From a virus (taxonomy: Duplodnaviria; Caudoviricetes), in the IMG/VR virus record IMGVR_UViG_3300035562_000123, positions 1 through 40,071 of that record: DNA of 40,071 nt; one strand, 5' to 3'. A model generated the notes under the pieces. The model was not told where the DNA came from and did not search any database. It worked only from the letters and a program-made list of their open reading frames with translations. The translations under genes and the position numbers were made by a program. Positions 8,518 through 18,804 of this stretch are shown here, piece after piece. The stretch's first letter is position 1. Every line of letters starts with the position of its first letter.

Positions 8518-9579
8518 TTATGATTGCCTTGAAAGCGCTGAACTGCTTAGCATATCAGCGGAACCAATCGCGAAGCACATCAGATCCATGTACCACGCCT
8601 GGCCCCGTGTGTCGCCAGTATAGTCGATCGCTTTCACGATATACACGCCGTCCGTCGCGATGCTGGCGGGCTGCTGCAGGGAACCGGCGACAACTCGGTT
8701 TCCATTTTGGTCGGTTTCGCTGATACGCCCGCCGAATTGGGCGATCTCACTGTCGGATAGTGCTGTTCGATAAACTGATGCCTGGTCGAGTTGGATCAGG
8801 CCATTGATGCGAATATTCGGGTTGATGAGGCATCGCACGTTAACGCCGGCCCCCATCGTCTGCTGAGGCATGCCGATCAGTCCAGTTTCGCTGTTCAGCA
8901 CGATAGCTTCATGAATGTATTTGTTCTCGTTGACCATCTGCAGCTTGCCATCAATCAGCTGCCAGGTGGCCTTACACATGCCGACAACGGAGTCCATAAC
9001 ATCGCGCGCGGATTGGAACAGCGCCAGCCCGCGAGGAAAAACCGTATCGGGAAAAGTTCCGGTGATCCCCTGGGTGATGCCGTAGGCGTTGAAGCTTTTC
9101 AGGGCGGCATTGTACACGTCAGCCACGGTATAGCCGGCGGCCAGCGTGGTGTTCACCGTCGCATAGAGAAATGCCTCATGATCGCCCACGGCCTGAATCA
9201 GTACCCAGGAATCGGTCGGGTTGTCTTTGCCAGTGATCGTGAAGCGCAGATCTCCCTCAAAAATCAGGCCAAAGTTCTGGCCGTCCCGCTGGCCTGATTT
9301 TGCCGGGTCCACCGGCCGCGCTACGCCGACCTGAGTGGCTTCTGCATCTGGGGCTATCCCATCATAGCCGGCAATCATGCGGATTTTAGAAAACTCGCTG
9401 CCCAGAATCCGGTTTTGAGTATCCGGCGAAAGGTTGTAAATTTTGACGTTGGCGACGCGCGGCCACCGCGTATCGGCCCACTCAATGCGGAAAGTGACTT
9501 TAAAATCTGACAGGCTGATGCCGCTGCCCTGCTGGTCCAGCAGCTGCAGCTCAAAATGCCGCATCCAGTTCTGACTCAT
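8518..9579 (-). CDS. Baseplate hub protein (Mu gp44/T4 gp27-like)
   Basis: 353 aa; KIYNLS, IAGY, TGLIGMP, GDTRGQAWY motifs; synteny. Confidence 0.85.
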   Translation of the reverse strand: MSQNWMRHFELQLLDQQGSGISLSDFKVTFRIEWADTRWPRVANVKIYNLSPDTQNRILGSEFSKIRMIAGYDGIAPDAEATQVGVARPVDPAKSGQRDGQNFGLIFEGDLRFTITGKDNPTDSWVLIQAVGDHEAFLYATVNTTLAAGYTVADVYNAALKSFNAYGITQGITGTFPDTVFPRGLALFQSARDVMDSVVGMCKATWQLIDGKLQMVNENKYIHEAIVLNSETGLIGMPQQTMGAGVNVRCLINPNIRINGLIQLDQASVYRTALSDSEIAQFGGRISETDQNGNRVVAGSLQQPASIATDGVYIVKAIDYTGDTRGQAWYMDLMCFAIGSADMLSSSALSRQS

Positions 9580-9582
9580 GCC

Positions 9583-9888
9583 CTACTCCTGCACAAAATA
9601 AAGGTGGCTGCCGATCCCGAGGTTGGTTTTCGTCGGTAGCTCTGGTTCGTTGTTGTCGACCATGACGATCAGCGCACCGGTAAACCCCAGGTGCGCATGC
9701 TGCGCCAGCAGATTGGCGCCAGGCACCAGCGGCACACTATTCACCAGCGCGCCGCCGGCGCTGTCCATGAGGTCGAGCAACCAGCCGGCCTCATCGCGCC
9801 AGGTCAGCCGCATAGTCATCTGCTGGCCGCCCAGAGCGATCCCGAATTGCTGATTGTCCGGCGTCAGCGGAATTTCCTGAATGTTCAC
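9583..9888 (-). CDS. Small baseplate (plug-like) protein
   Basis: 101 aa; EIPLTPDNQQF..., PLVPGANLL; synteny. Confidence 0.75.
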   Translation of the reverse strand: MNIQEIPLTPDNQQFGIALGGQQMTMRLTWRDEAGWLLDLMDSAGGALVNSVPLVPGANLLAQHAHLGFTGALIVMVDNNEPELPTKTNLGIGSHLYFVQE

Positions 9889-10490
9889 CCGAAACCTCCC
9901 AGCACTCCCAGCGCGCCGCGCTGCGCCTGGGAGAGCAAACTTTCGTTGACCGGCTTGGCCGATTTAGTGCCAGAGTTCTGCACCGCCGACGTGCTGACGC
10001 CGTCGGCCATGTTGGCTTTGTCCGCAACCGAAACGCTCTGCGTGCGGGAAATGATGACGTTGCGCAGCGTCAGGACACACATCAGCACGTTTTCGCTGGT
10101 GCGATCGGTCGTGACATCCAGTGAGCGGATCAGCATGTTCTGGTACTGCCGCTTGCCGGTGGTGACGTCGAACGGCAAGCGGCTTTCCTGCAGCGCGAGC
10201 AACTGCTTATAAACTTCCCGCGGGCCGCTGCTGAGCGTCCGGCCGCTGTTGATGTCGATAAACTGGGTTGTGTCGACGCCATCCAGCAGCGAGCCGCCGC
10301 CGGCGAAACCCAGCTCCATCGTCACCTCCGGCGGCCGCTTGTAGGCGTGGTCGCTGACCGGTGCGCCGTCTTCGATCGGATGCTCGGTGATCTCCAGCGT
10401 GTCGCTGTGTTTTTCCGAGATTGCCACGCTCGGGATGATGCCGCCGATCTTCCGGGTCTGCTGCGAAAACAGGACGGAGAGAATATCCAT
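9885..10490 (-). CDS. Tail tube initiator / Dit-like baseplate protein
   Basis: 201 aa; ITEHPIEDGAPVSDHA and VTTGKRQYQNMLI motifs; follows TMP. Confidence 0.85.
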   Translation of the reverse strand: MDILSVLFSQQTRKIGGIIPSVAISEKHSDTLEITEHPIEDGAPVSDHAYKRPPEVTMELGFAGGGSLLDGVDTTQFIDINSGRTLSSGPREVYKQLLALQESRLPFDVTTGKRQYQNMLIRSLDVTTDRTSENVLMCVLTLRNVIISRTQSVSVADKANMADGVSTSAVQNSGTKSAKPVNESLLSQAQRGALGVLGGFG

Positions 10491-12496
10491 TATTGCGGCC
10501 TCGCATAGAGTTGCTGGGTCAGGCGGGAGTTCACGCCAGTTTGACGATCGGCGACTTCCATCCCTGCGCGAGCAGGATCGTTAACGCCGTGAATATTGAT
10601 CACCGTCTGCTGATTCAGGCTATTCCCGCCGGCGCCTGGCATGTTGCTGAGCACTCTCGGTATGTAGTTGCGCGTCTCCGCCGGCATCAGCCCCATGCCG
10701 TGCTTCTGAACGTTGCCGATCCCCCAGTTATAGGACGCCAGCGTTTTTTCCAGATCGCCGCCATTCATGCGCAGCAGCATACCCAGGTAGCGAGCAGCGG
10801 CCGCCGCTGATTTGGAGGGATTGAAGACGTCATCACCGCGCAGCCCCATGTCCCGGGCGGTGCCAGGCATGAACTGGAACAAGCCTTTCGCGCCGGCACC
10901 GGAAACAGCAAACTGATTGCCGCCAGATTCGGTTAGCGCAACGCTGCGCAGCAGGCCCGCCGGCAGGTTGTACATTGCCTCGAGCTGCGTCAGTTTGGGC
11001 TGCAGCCAGCCCAACAGCGCCGCCCCGGCTTTTGTAGCCTGCGGCCGGCGTACCGACTGGCCGTATTGCGTAGATTCACCACGGCGCCACGGCAGCAGTT
11101 TGCGCCCCCATTCGTCGACTGTATCACTGCCCGGGAGCTGGTTCAGGAAATTGGCGACGGGGTTGTTGGTCAGCCAGGAGTATTTCCCCTCAAGCGGTTT
11201 AACGACAGCCTCTTCGACCGCAAGCAAGCCGCCGATCACGCCGACTTTGCCCAAGCCGCCCATCGCTTTTGACAGGCCACCGACGCTTTTAGTCACGGAG
11301 CCGATCGCGCTGACCATTTTCGCCGCCCAGGTAACAGCCACGAAACCGGCCAAAATTTCCAGCGCAGTTTTCCAGCCGCCGACGGCGTCTTTCAGTTCGA
11401 GCAGCTTGTCACGCAGCCAGATCATCGCATTCTTGGCCTGGGTGATAGCCGGCTCCCACTTCGCCCAATCGATGAGGCTTTTTCCGCCTTCTTTCCAAGT
11501 GCGGTAATCGTCCCACAGCAGGCCGATACCTACGATAAGCGCAGTGATCATCCCAATCGGCGACATCAGGAAAGCGCCATTCAACAGCCGCCAGGCAACC
11601 AGCAGCGCGCTGAAAATCCCGATCAGTTTGCGCGATTCGGTATCGAGGCTTTTCCACCAGGTGATCACCTGATCGATAGCCTGATAGCCACGGTAAAGCA
11701 TCCGCCCGAAAACCTCGGCTAACCAGAGAACGCCTCGGACGGTTTTGGTGATGAATCCCTCTATCTTCGGGAAATTATCCATGATGCGCCGGCGCAGCGT
11801 ATCCAGTGAACCACTCAGTCCGCCGGCCAGACCTGAGCCGATTTTGTCTTTTGCCATGCCAAGCAGCACGGTCAGGCTGCGCATGGAGGTCATGAATTTA
11901 TTAGACTGCTGCGCCGCGCGGTCGGCGTTCAGGCCGGTGGCTTTCAGCATGCTCTGGTAATCGGCAGTAAAACCGTTGATGCCGCGGCGCATGGCGAGGA
12001 GCGTGTTTTCGTCGATCCCCAGCATCTGCGCATACTGATTCGCTCGGTAATACGGCATGCTGCGCAGCTTATCGCCGACACCGGTAAAAATGGCGGCGGC
12101 ATCGCGCATCTGACCGTTCGCACCGCGCGTCTGCACGCCCAGGCGGTTCAGGAAACCTTCGGCGCCCGGGTTGTTACGGATGAATCTCGCGAGGCTCTCC
12201 AGCGAACCCTGCGCAGCGGCCGCGTCCGCGCCCATCTGCGAGGCGGCATATCCCAACGCGCGGATGCCCGCCACTGAGGTGCCGGTGCGCTGCGATGCAA
12301 AATAGACTTTATCCAGGCCATTGGCGATCTGCGTGGTAAAGCCGACGATTGTCAGCGCGGCCCCTTCTACTGCCGCCCCCATTTTGAGCACGTTCGCCGT
12401 GACGCCGGCGACGACAGCAGAGAATTTTCGCTCGCCGGTGGAGTCGATTTCGAAGCCCAGAGAAATCAAAAAATCCTTGATGGTTTCAGCGTTCAT
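10490..12496 (-). CDS. Tape measure protein with C-terminal lytic transglycosylase (SLT) domain
   Basis: Start MNAETIK at 12496 (ATGA overlap with T frame); hydrophobic segment; SLT motifs TESGG, GLFQFMPGTA, SYNWG, ETRNY. Confidence 0.9.
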   Translation of the reverse strand: MNAETIKDFLISLGFEIDSTGERKFSAVVAGVTANVLKMGAAVEGAALTIVGFTTQIANGLDKVYFASQRTGTSVAGIRALGYAASQMGADAAAAQGSLESLARFIRNNPGAEGFLNRLGVQTRGANGQMRDAAAIFTGVGDKLRSMPYYRANQYAQMLGIDENTLLAMRRGINGFTADYQSMLKATGLNADRAAQQSNKFMTSMRSLTVLLGMAKDKIGSGLAGGLSGSLDTLRRRIMDNFPKIEGFITKTVRGVLWLAEVFGRMLYRGYQAIDQVITWWKSLDTESRKLIGIFSALLVAWRLLNGAFLMSPIGMITALIVGIGLLWDDYRTWKEGGKSLIDWAKWEPAITQAKNAMIWLRDKLLELKDAVGGWKTALEILAGFVAVTWAAKMVSAIGSVTKSVGGLSKAMGGLGKVGVIGGLLAVEEAVVKPLEGKYSWLTNNPVANFLNQLPGSDTVDEWGRKLLPWRRGESTQYGQSVRRPQATKAGAALLGWLQPKLTQLEAMYNLPAGLLRSVALTESGGNQFAVSGAGAKGLFQFMPGTARDMGLRGDDVFNPSKSAAAAARYLGMLLRMNGGDLEKTLASYNWGIGNVQKHGMGLMPAETRNYIPRVLSNMPGAGGNSLNQQTVINIHGVNDPARAGMEVADRQTGVNSRLTQQLYARPQ

Positions 12497-12723
12497 TGAT
12501 CCTCTCTCCACCTGGCGATCCGGGCTTCGTTATCCGCTTTCATGTCCAGGTAATCATTCATCAGCGCGACGTCGAACAAATCGAGGCGCCCATCCTTGAG
12601 CGCCTCAAAGCTGCACATGCCGGCATCCACCGGGCGTAACAGGTAATCCTCGCCGCCCGGCAGGACGTCCAGCGTCAGGCCGGCGGCTGGTCTTTCGTCT
12701 CGCTGTCGGGGAGTGCGGGCAAA
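12493..12723 (-). CDS. Tail assembly chaperone T segment, reached by -1 frameshift (G-T fusion 203 aa)
   Basis: -1 frame reads FARTPRQ...LPGGEDYLLRPVDAGMC...RWREDQ*; stop overlaps TMP ATG; slippery G-GGA-AAT-TTT-TTG at 12720-12732. Confidence 0.85.
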   Translation of the reverse strand, partial: FARTPRQRDERPAAGLTLDVLPGGEDYLLRPVDAGMCSFEALKDGRLDLFDVALMNDYLDMKADNEARIARWREDQ

Positions 12724-13103
12724 AAATTTCCCAACGAGTCCCCGACCACGCGCGCGACGATTTGCAGCATGTCCATCATGTCGATGTCATCGAACATCAG
12801 TTGACCGCTGGTAAAGATCGACGTGTAGACGGTGCCATTCTGGCGTGACACCACCGCCAGGCAGGGATGAATAATCGCGTTGCTGTCATCGTCGCTGACG
12901 TCCGCCAGCGTTTGTGCGATCACCGGTAGCGCCACTTTGAGCGCATCCTCAATCGAAATCTGCCCGGTTTTCAGCTGGCGCAACACCTTAATTTCCCCCA
13001 GCAGGCCGGACAGCAGCGGCAGCAGCTTCCGGGAAACTTTCAACTGCTCGAAAACATTCAGTTTGGCCGCGCGGTATTTTTGGCCCTTAATTTCAAATTC
13101 CAT
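12675..13103 (-). CDS. Tail assembly chaperone G
   Basis: 142 aa between tube and TMP; ends just after the slippery run. Confidence 0.85.
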   Translation of the reverse strand: MEFEIKGQKYRAAKLNVFEQLKVSRKLLPLLSGLLGEIKVLRQLKTGQISIEDALKVALPVIAQTLADVSDDDSNAIIHPCLAVVSRQNGTVYTSIFTSGQLMFDDIDMMDMLQIVARVVGDSLGNFLPALPDSETKDQPPA

Positions 13104-13113
13104 GCATTACCCC

Positions 13114-13554
13114 TTAAAACGTGCCGAGCAGTTGGTCGATCTTGATGCAGTCGAACACCCAGGCGACGGTGTTACCGTCTTTGGCGTTCTGCCAATCCGG
13201 CAATTTCTTGAACGCGACGCCGCGCGCCGTGGCCACGTCGTTGCTGGATTTGTTGCGGATCACGATGACGTTGTTGCCCCAGGTCGCAGATGACAGCGAC
13301 TGCGCGTTATACATCACCGACAGCTTCGCGTTCGTCGGGCTGGTTTTGAGTAGGTTGACGGTGATCGTCCCCGATTTGTCGGCGTGCAGGCTGTGCATCC
13401 CCTCACCATCGGCGCCGGTCACCATCGTGTTTTTGTCGCCGCCCATTGCAACGACGATCCCTTCGTCAGACGTAGCTGCACCGTTGCCGAGGTCAATCGA
13501 ACCGCCGATGCCGGTGATATTGGCGGACACATCCAAAAAGCTATAAGTAGGCAT
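13114..13554 (-). CDS. Tail tube protein, DUF3277-like
   Basis: 146 aa; GADGEGMHS and SGTITVNLLKTSPTN motifs; follows sheath. Confidence 0.85.
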   Translation of the reverse strand: MPTYSFLDVSANITGIGGSIDLGNGAATSDEGIVVAMGGDKNTMVTGADGEGMHSLHADKSGTITVNLLKTSPTNAKLSVMYNAQSLSSATWGNNVIVIRNKSSNDVATARGVAFKKLPDWQNAKDGNTVAWVFDCIKIDQLLGTF

Positions 13555-13565
13555 TCCCCGGCTCC

Positions 13566-15047
13566 TTAGCGGTTAACGTTGATGATGACGTCGCCGAAGT
13601 GCACGGCGCCGGCCAGTTTGATTGCCACCTGCATCACCGGGGCTTTGCGGGCTTCGCGCTCCGCTTGCGCCTGCTGTGCAATCGGCGGGGAATAGACGTA
13701 ATACCCCTTTGTCAGCGTTTCGCCGGTATTCAGCGCGCCGAAACCGTCGCCACTCCACACGCCAGGCGCGATCAGGCCGTTTTCAGCCCCCTGAGCCAGC
13801 GATGCTTCGACGTTGGTCAGCAGATCGGTAATGCCCTCATCGGTCTGAGGAACCTTTGTCGAACTGGTATAGAGGCGGTTGTAGTAGTTGGTCTGAACGT
13901 AGTTCTGTAGCCAGTCCAGGCCGTGTCGCTCGTCAAAGAAATCAGCGTTACACATCACGCCTTCTTGCAGGATTGCCGTGTCGTTGTCGTAATTGACGAA
14001 CACGTTGCAGTTTTTCTGCTGCAGGGTCAGCGCCTGGGTTTGTGTCAGCGTTTCCGCGACGATCCCCGGCTCTTGCTTAAATTTGATGGTGATCGTGGTG
14101 CGCCAGCCGGCGAAATTGACCGTAAAGGCACGGCCCAGAATCGACACCGCGGCGTAAGGGCTCTGGCTGGAATACTGGACACAGGTTGTACCGAACGCCG
14201 CGGCTTTCAGCCGGCTGGCAATGTCGGTGTTGTTGTCCGCATCGAGCACGGCGGTATTTTGCGTGGTGTGGGCGTAAATGCGGGAAACGTCATCGGATTG
14301 GATCAGGCCAGCAACGGCGAGCACTTCATCATCAGAAATCGTCTCAGCGATATACAGGCCATACCATTTCGACGACAGGTCGATAAATTTCGCGACGCAT
14401 TCGGCGATGCTTTCCGCCGGCTGCCGGGCGATAATTTTCGCGCCGGTGCCTTCAAGAATACCCATCAACGCGGAAATATCTGTTCCCGTAGCGTTTGGCG
14501 TAGCAAAGCCAACTGCGGACGTCTCGCCTGTGGTTTTCGAGGTCACCACAAACCGCGCGTTGTTCGCATCCCAGACGACGTTCGCCGTGGTCAGCTTTTC
14601 CGCTACGCGCGCAGCGACGCCGTTCAGATTGTTTTCTGCCGACAGGTCAACTCCGGAGACCGTTTTTACCGTCCCATCGACGCTGATTTTCATTGCGCCA
14701 TCGGTCACGGTTGTGAAATTGGTCATCGCCTGTTGCGCAGTATTCAGGATTGCACCGCGCAGCGCGGCGGCAGTGTCCACTTTCACCCAGCGGCCAACGT
14801 ACAGATCGATCGGCTGCGGGCGCTGCCAGTAGTAAACCTGAGCGGCTAACGCCTCAGGCGCCTGGATGCCGAAGTCAGATTGCACGCCGGTAATGCCGGA
14901 ATAAGCGCGCATCCGCTCACTGGCGTCTATCACCGGTGAAGCGCCGATAATCAGCAACGAACCAAAGTTTCGAGCCTGCGCCGCGCGCAAGGCCATATTA
15001 ATCGAGACGCCGACGACGTTTCGAACAGGTAACCCCTGCTGTGCCAT
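13566..15047 (-). CDS. Contractile tail sheath protein, DUF3383-like
   Basis: 493 aa; [32 protein letters not shown] motifs. Confidence 0.9.
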   Translation of the reverse strand: MAQQGLPVRNVVGVSINMALRAAQARNFGSLLIIGASPVIDASERMRAYSGITGVQSDFGIQAPEALAAQVYYWQRPQPIDLYVGRWVKVDTAAALRGAILNTAQQAMTNFTTVTDGAMKISVDGTVKTVSGVDLSAENNLNGVAARVAEKLTTANVVWDANNARFVVTSKTTGETSAVGFATPNATGTDISALMGILEGTGAKIIARQPAESIAECVAKFIDLSSKWYGLYIAETISDDEVLAVAGLIQSDDVSRIYAHTTQNTAVLDADNNTDIASRLKAAAFGTTCVQYSSQSPYAAVSILGRAFTVNFAGWRTTITIKFKQEPGIVAETLTQTQALTLQQKNCNVFVNYDNDTAILQEGVMCNADFFDERHGLDWLQNYVQTNYYNRLYTSSTKVPQTDEGITDLLTNVEASLAQGAENGLIAPGVWSGDGFGALNTGETLTKGYYVYSPPIAQQAQAEREARKAPVMQVAIKLAGAVHFGDVIINVNR

Positions 15048-15050
15048 AAA

Positions 15051-15599
15051 TTATTCTCCGAAGAATTTTACCGTTGCCTCTGCGATCGGCTTGATGCCGT
15101 ACTCGCGGACAACCTTGCGGCGCAGGCGGACGGTAATGTCATACCGGCGCACCCACTGGTTGTTGATGAGTTCAGGGAAAGGAATGATGTCGCCGATGCT
15201 GCCGAGCGACAGACCGACGGCGATCAGCTGATCGTTGTTTTGTGACAGGGTTAAACCATCACGGAAAATTGACGCTATACGCTGGCTATGCGGCCCATAG
15301 AACGACGCCAGGCACTCGGTCACCTCGTGGCGCCACAGTTCCGCGCTGTCGTCGCTCTGCCGCGTAAACGCTGGATTATCATCACCGATAAAGCCGGAGA
15401 TCCCCACGGCCGACCAATCCACATCAGGCGGCATCAATGGTGGCTGTGTGGGTGTCCAGCGCGGCCGCACGTTGCCCGGCGGCAGCCCTGTTATACCGAG
15501 CACCCAACGATTTAGCGCACGTTCGAGCGCCTCATCATAATCAGGGCCGGGCGAAATTGGCGTCAGGTAACCGGCCTGCGTGCTGGTGTTATTGCTCAA
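15051..15599 (-). CDS. Neck / tail terminator protein
   Basis: Likely TTG start at 15599 after GGAGGG (ORF track starts at 15656); precedes sheath. Confidence 0.75.
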   Translation of the reverse strand: MSNNTSTQAGYLTPISPGPDYDEALERALNRWVLGITGLPPGNVRPRWTPTQPPLMPPDVDWSAVGISGFIGDDNPAFTRQSDDSAELWRHEVTECLASFYGPHSQRIASIFRDGLTLSQNNDQLIAVGLSLGSIGDIIPFPELINNQWVRRYDITVRLRRKVVREYGIKPIAEATVKFFGE

Positions 15600-15978
15600 C
15601 GGGGATCCCTCCATCGAACGGCAGCAGCTCACAATGCGCCTGAACGAATCCCGCACCGTAGGCCGTGTAAGGGTCGACGAAGGTCACACGGTAATCGCGG
15701 TTCTGATATGTCACGATGTCCGCGTCGCGCGCCGTCTGCCCGGCGGTGAGCCGCTCAGTGGTCACAATCAGGATTGCACCGGTGACCACCTGGCCCGCTA
15801 TCATGCGCCGCGCTTCGAGCGACCGATCGACGGTAACCACTCCGGCAAACGGCATTTTTACCGGGGCGTTGGTGGCGAAGCCGTCATCGTCTACGGTCTG
15901 CAGGTTGCGGGTGACAATCAGGGAGGTGTCGCAAAACTCGGGATCGAAAAGCACGTCTGTAACGTCAAGAGTTGGCAT
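15589..15978 (-). CDS. Head closure / head-tail adaptor
   Basis: 129 aa; [12 protein letters not shown] and YGAGFVQA motifs; synteny. Confidence 0.75.
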   Translation of the reverse strand: MPTLDVTDVLFDPEFCDTSLIVTRNLQTVDDDGFATNAPVKMPFAGVVTVDRSLEARRMIAGQVVTGAILIVTTERLTAGQTARDADIVTYQNRDYRVTFVDPYTAYGAGFVQAHCELLPFDGGIPVEQ

Positions 15979-16528
15979 TTTTGTCCCTCACGATGTAGGT
16001 CATCGCGCGCCGGTATTGTCCCTCATCGATCAGGGGGCGAGCGTTGGCGTTGTCCGGCGCGTTGCCGGCGGCCCGGCTCTGCAATTCTTTAGCCGCACCT
16101 TTGCGCCCGCGGCGCGCCCGGACTTTTAGCGTTGCTGGTGACAGCGGCGTAAAATCGGCGCTGGTCATGTAGCTTTTAACCGCCTGGCTGGCGATAGTGC
16201 CGGCCGATTCCAGCGCCACAGTAGCAGCGCCGGCGCGACCGTCAAACACCGCTTGCGCCGCGGCCTTCATTTTTGCGGTGCTCTCGGCATGCACCGATTT
16301 CACTCCGGGCTGAAGGTGCGGGCGCGGCGGGATGTTCTGCGCCGGCGATCCGTACTCGTTGATGTAGCCGATCTGTGCGTTGCCTATCCCGGGCTTTTCG
16401 CCATCCTCCGGCTGTCGTTCTGATGCCGATTCAGGGATCCCGACCAAGACGTCGCGGCGCGCGATTTCATTCAACGCAGAAAAAACGGCCTGCGACCGGT
16501 CGGCCCGCACCTTCAACCCGCTTTTCAT
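15965..16528 (-). CDS. Neck / tail completion protein
   Basis: 187 aa; NEYGSP..IPPRP and PLIDEG motifs. Confidence 0.75.
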   Translation of the reverse strand: MKSGLKVRADRSQAVFSALNEIARRDVLVGIPESASERQPEDGEKPGIGNAQIGYINEYGSPAQNIPPRPHLQPGVKSVHAESTAKMKAAAQAVFDGRAGAATVALESAGTIASQAVKSYMTSADFTPLSPATLKVRARRGRKGAAKELQSRAAGNAPDNANARPLIDEGQYRRAMTYIVRDKNANS

Positions 16529-16929
16529 AGCTGCCGCCCTCCCATGCCGAACATCTGGATCAGCTGCCAGAATTCGGCCCCATAGCGGGTGTTGTTCCAG
16601 AAGCCCGCGTCCGGGTTCATCGTGGCGCTGCTGTCATAGCTCACGCTGACTTTGTCGACCGATTTCGACGACACAACGCCGCTATTCGCCCCGCCACCAC
16701 CACCGATCGCCGCCGCCCGGTTATCCGCCGCCTGGAGCGCCATGTAATGCGCGACAAAAAGCTCGGCTAGGTACGGGAATACCTCGCCGAAATTGTTTTC
16801 ATCGAGCAGTTGGTCAGCCAGATTTAAGCGGAATTGAATTTGAGCGTTGGGAAAGGTGACGGCGTTGCCGAACTGCGGGAAATCTTCGCGGAATTTATCG
16901 ACGGTCGGCAGATGGTTATTTTTTGCCAC
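16525..16929 (-). CDS. Head-tail connector, DUF4054-like
   Basis: 134 aa; [26 protein letters not shown] motifs. Confidence 0.85.
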   Translation of the reverse strand: MAKNNHLPTVDKFREDFPQFGNAVTFPNAQIQFRLNLADQLLDENNFGEVFPYLAELFVAHYMALQAADNRAAAIGGGGGANSGVVSSKSVDKVSVSYDSSATMNPDAGFWNNTRYGAEFWQLIQMFGMGGRQL

Positions 16930-17308
16930 CTTTCGCGCCCTCAGTCAGCGCCGCCGCCAGCTGCTTCTGCAGGTCGGCGATCGTGTCATCGCATTTGCCG
17001 ATAGTGGAGACGTGCTCGGCGATGATCTGATCGCGTTCGTCACGTTCCGTCGTCAGGTCGGCTACTTTGCTTTTTTCCTCCGCCAGCTGCTTCTGCAGGT
17101 CGGCGATCTGCGCCAGCACCTCCGCTGGCGCGCCTGCATTGTCACTTTTGCCGCCGTCGATAACTTCCGCATGCTCCAGGGTGAACCAGTTCTCGGCTAC
17201 CTCTGGCGCCACCGAATGCAGGCCAGCGGAGAATTTTTCCACTTCATAATTCGGGTGCGTGAAAGTGAACGGCGTATGCACGCGGATTTTTACCAGTGAT
17301 TGCTTCAT
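16916..17308 (-). CDS. Small head-associated protein with coiled-coil C-terminus
   Basis: 130 aa after capsid gene; VHTPFTF...VAENWF; IADLQKQLA occurs twice. Confidence 0.7.
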   Translation of the reverse strand: MKQSLVKIRVHTPFTFTHPNYEVEKFSAGLHSVAPEVAENWFTLEHAEVIDGGKSDNAGAPAEVLAQIADLQKQLAEEKSKVADLTTERDERDQIIAEHVSTIGKCDDTIADLQKQLAAALTEGAKGGKK

Positions 17309-17342
17309 GTGCTTTTCCTATAAGCCCCTTGCGGGGCTGTAT

Positions 17343-18287
17343 TTAGATACCGTCGACGTATGCCAGGGTTTCGCGATATGGGGACTCCACCGCGCCCAGA
17401 CGGCCGTAGTAGGTGGTCAGTTGGTACAGCCCGCGATACTGGATCGGGACGTTCTGCAGCGGAACCATTGGGAAACGCACGAACTTTTTGCTGTTGGTGT
17501 AGGCCACCATGCGATCCTTGCCGCCCGCACCGGCGCCTTTCAGCCATTTCACCGCACGAATATTCAGCGGGACGCCGTTCTGGTGGTAGGCGATGGTGTT
17601 GGTCTGCAGGTAGGTCAGCAGCGACTGATTGCCAGCGGACGAAACGATGATGCTCGACAGCAGCGCGAATTGCTCAGGCGGTAGCAACAGATCACGCGGA
17701 ACGATCGTATAGCCGGAGTTGGCCCAGGCGGCCGACAGTGCGGAGTTGATCGACTGACGAATTTCGTCAGCTGTTGAGGCCGTCCAGACTTTCGGGGCGT
17801 TGGTGGTCAACACGCCGTTGTAGTTCACCAGGCCTTTTACGCCAATCAGCGAATCGCCGCGGTAAACCTGCTCGTCGGTGTCCATGTTCCACTTCAGCTG
17901 CATGCCTTCGAATTTCTGGGCATCAACCGGGCGGCCGACCTGCTGCGCGGCAGCCAGCTCAACAACAGTCCAGCCAAGTTCCATCCCCCACAGGGTCAGC
18001 GGGAAACCGGTTTTGTTGATGTCGAGATTAACGGTCGCGATCTCGGTAGAGTTCTTGCCGATCCAGTTTTTGCCGTTCGGGTTTGGCGTACCGGAGGCAG
18101 CAAGCTCGGTGTTGGTAAAGCTGGAAATGTCGTCAGCGATCGACACGTCCTCGCGCAGCTCAATATCACGGCTCCACGTATAGCCCACCAGCGGCATATT
18201 CAGTTCTTGGTCGAGCCGTTCCAGCTCGCCGATCAGGAATGCGCCGGTGCTGTCTACGGTCGCCTGGTCAAAGGTATGAAGTGACAT
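17343..18287 (-). CDS. Major capsid protein, DUF2184-like HK97 fold
   Basis: 314 aa; FLIGELERLD motif; followed by hairpin at 17323-17338; synteny. Confidence 0.9.
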   Translation of the reverse strand: MSLHTFDQATVDSTGAFLIGELERLDQELNMPLVGYTWSRDIELREDVSIADDISSFTNTELAASGTPNPNGKNWIGKNSTEIATVNLDINKTGFPLTLWGMELGWTVVELAAAQQVGRPVDAQKFEGMQLKWNMDTDEQVYRGDSLIGVKGLVNYNGVLTTNAPKVWTASTADEIRQSINSALSAAWANSGYTIVPRDLLLPPEQFALLSSIIVSSAGNQSLLTYLQTNTIAYHQNGVPLNIRAVKWLKGAGAGGKDRMVAYTNSKKFVRFPMVPLQNVPIQYRGLYQLTTYYGRLGAVESPYRETLAYVDGI

Positions 18288-18301
18288 AATCAGCGATTTC
18301 C

Positions 18302-18793
18302 TTAAATGTTGTATTCGATTTCGACGTTGCCAGCGGCATCACCGGGGCCGGTGAAAAATGCGGTCGGCAGGACGACAGTTTCATCAGCCACGGCTGCGGC
18401 CACTGGCGCGCCAATCGGGCTGGTAGCGCTCGGGTTGGCGATGCGGATATTCACCGGCGTATGCGGCGTGATGCCGGACGCGTCAACGCCGACATTCACG
18501 GTCATGTAGCCGCGGCGCAGGCGGTCGCCGGTGAGGTTTTTATCGGTGCCCACCTGGCGGACCAGATCAGGCGTCGAGGTGGTTGGGTACGGGCGAATGT
18601 AGAAGCCCAAGATCACGCCGACAGCGTCGCCGGCTTCCAGCGGCACGAAATAGCCGCCTACGTCTTTACCCGCCAGACCGTAAGCGCCGAACGCTTTGGC
18701 GTTGTTCAGCGCGACAGGCTCTGCAGTGAGGTGGTGAGGGCGTGAAACAGCCCCGGCGATGCCCGCAGGCATCCGGTACGTGTAAGCAGTCAT
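18302..18793 (-). CDS. Capsid decoration / cement protein
   Basis: 163 aa; RMPAGIAG, RRGYMTV, GNVEIEYNI; precedes capsid gene. Confidence 0.75.
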   Translation of the reverse strand: MTAYTYRMPAGIAGAVSRPHHLTAEPVALNNAKAFGAYGLAGKDVGGYFVPLEAGDAVGVILGFYIRPYPTTSTPDLVRQVGTDKNLTGDRLRRGYMTVNVGVDASGITPHTPVNIRIANPSATSPIGAPVAAAVADETVVLPTAFFTGPGDAAGNVEIEYNI

Positions 18794-18804
18794 CGGCTTT
18801 TACC

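Noticed and set aside
13923-14849. 308-aa + strand ORF, and similar long + ORFs at 21389-22162, 18862-19515 and 10917-11507
   Set aside because: Antisense shadows of GC-rich, well-supported - strand genes; no RBS or motifs
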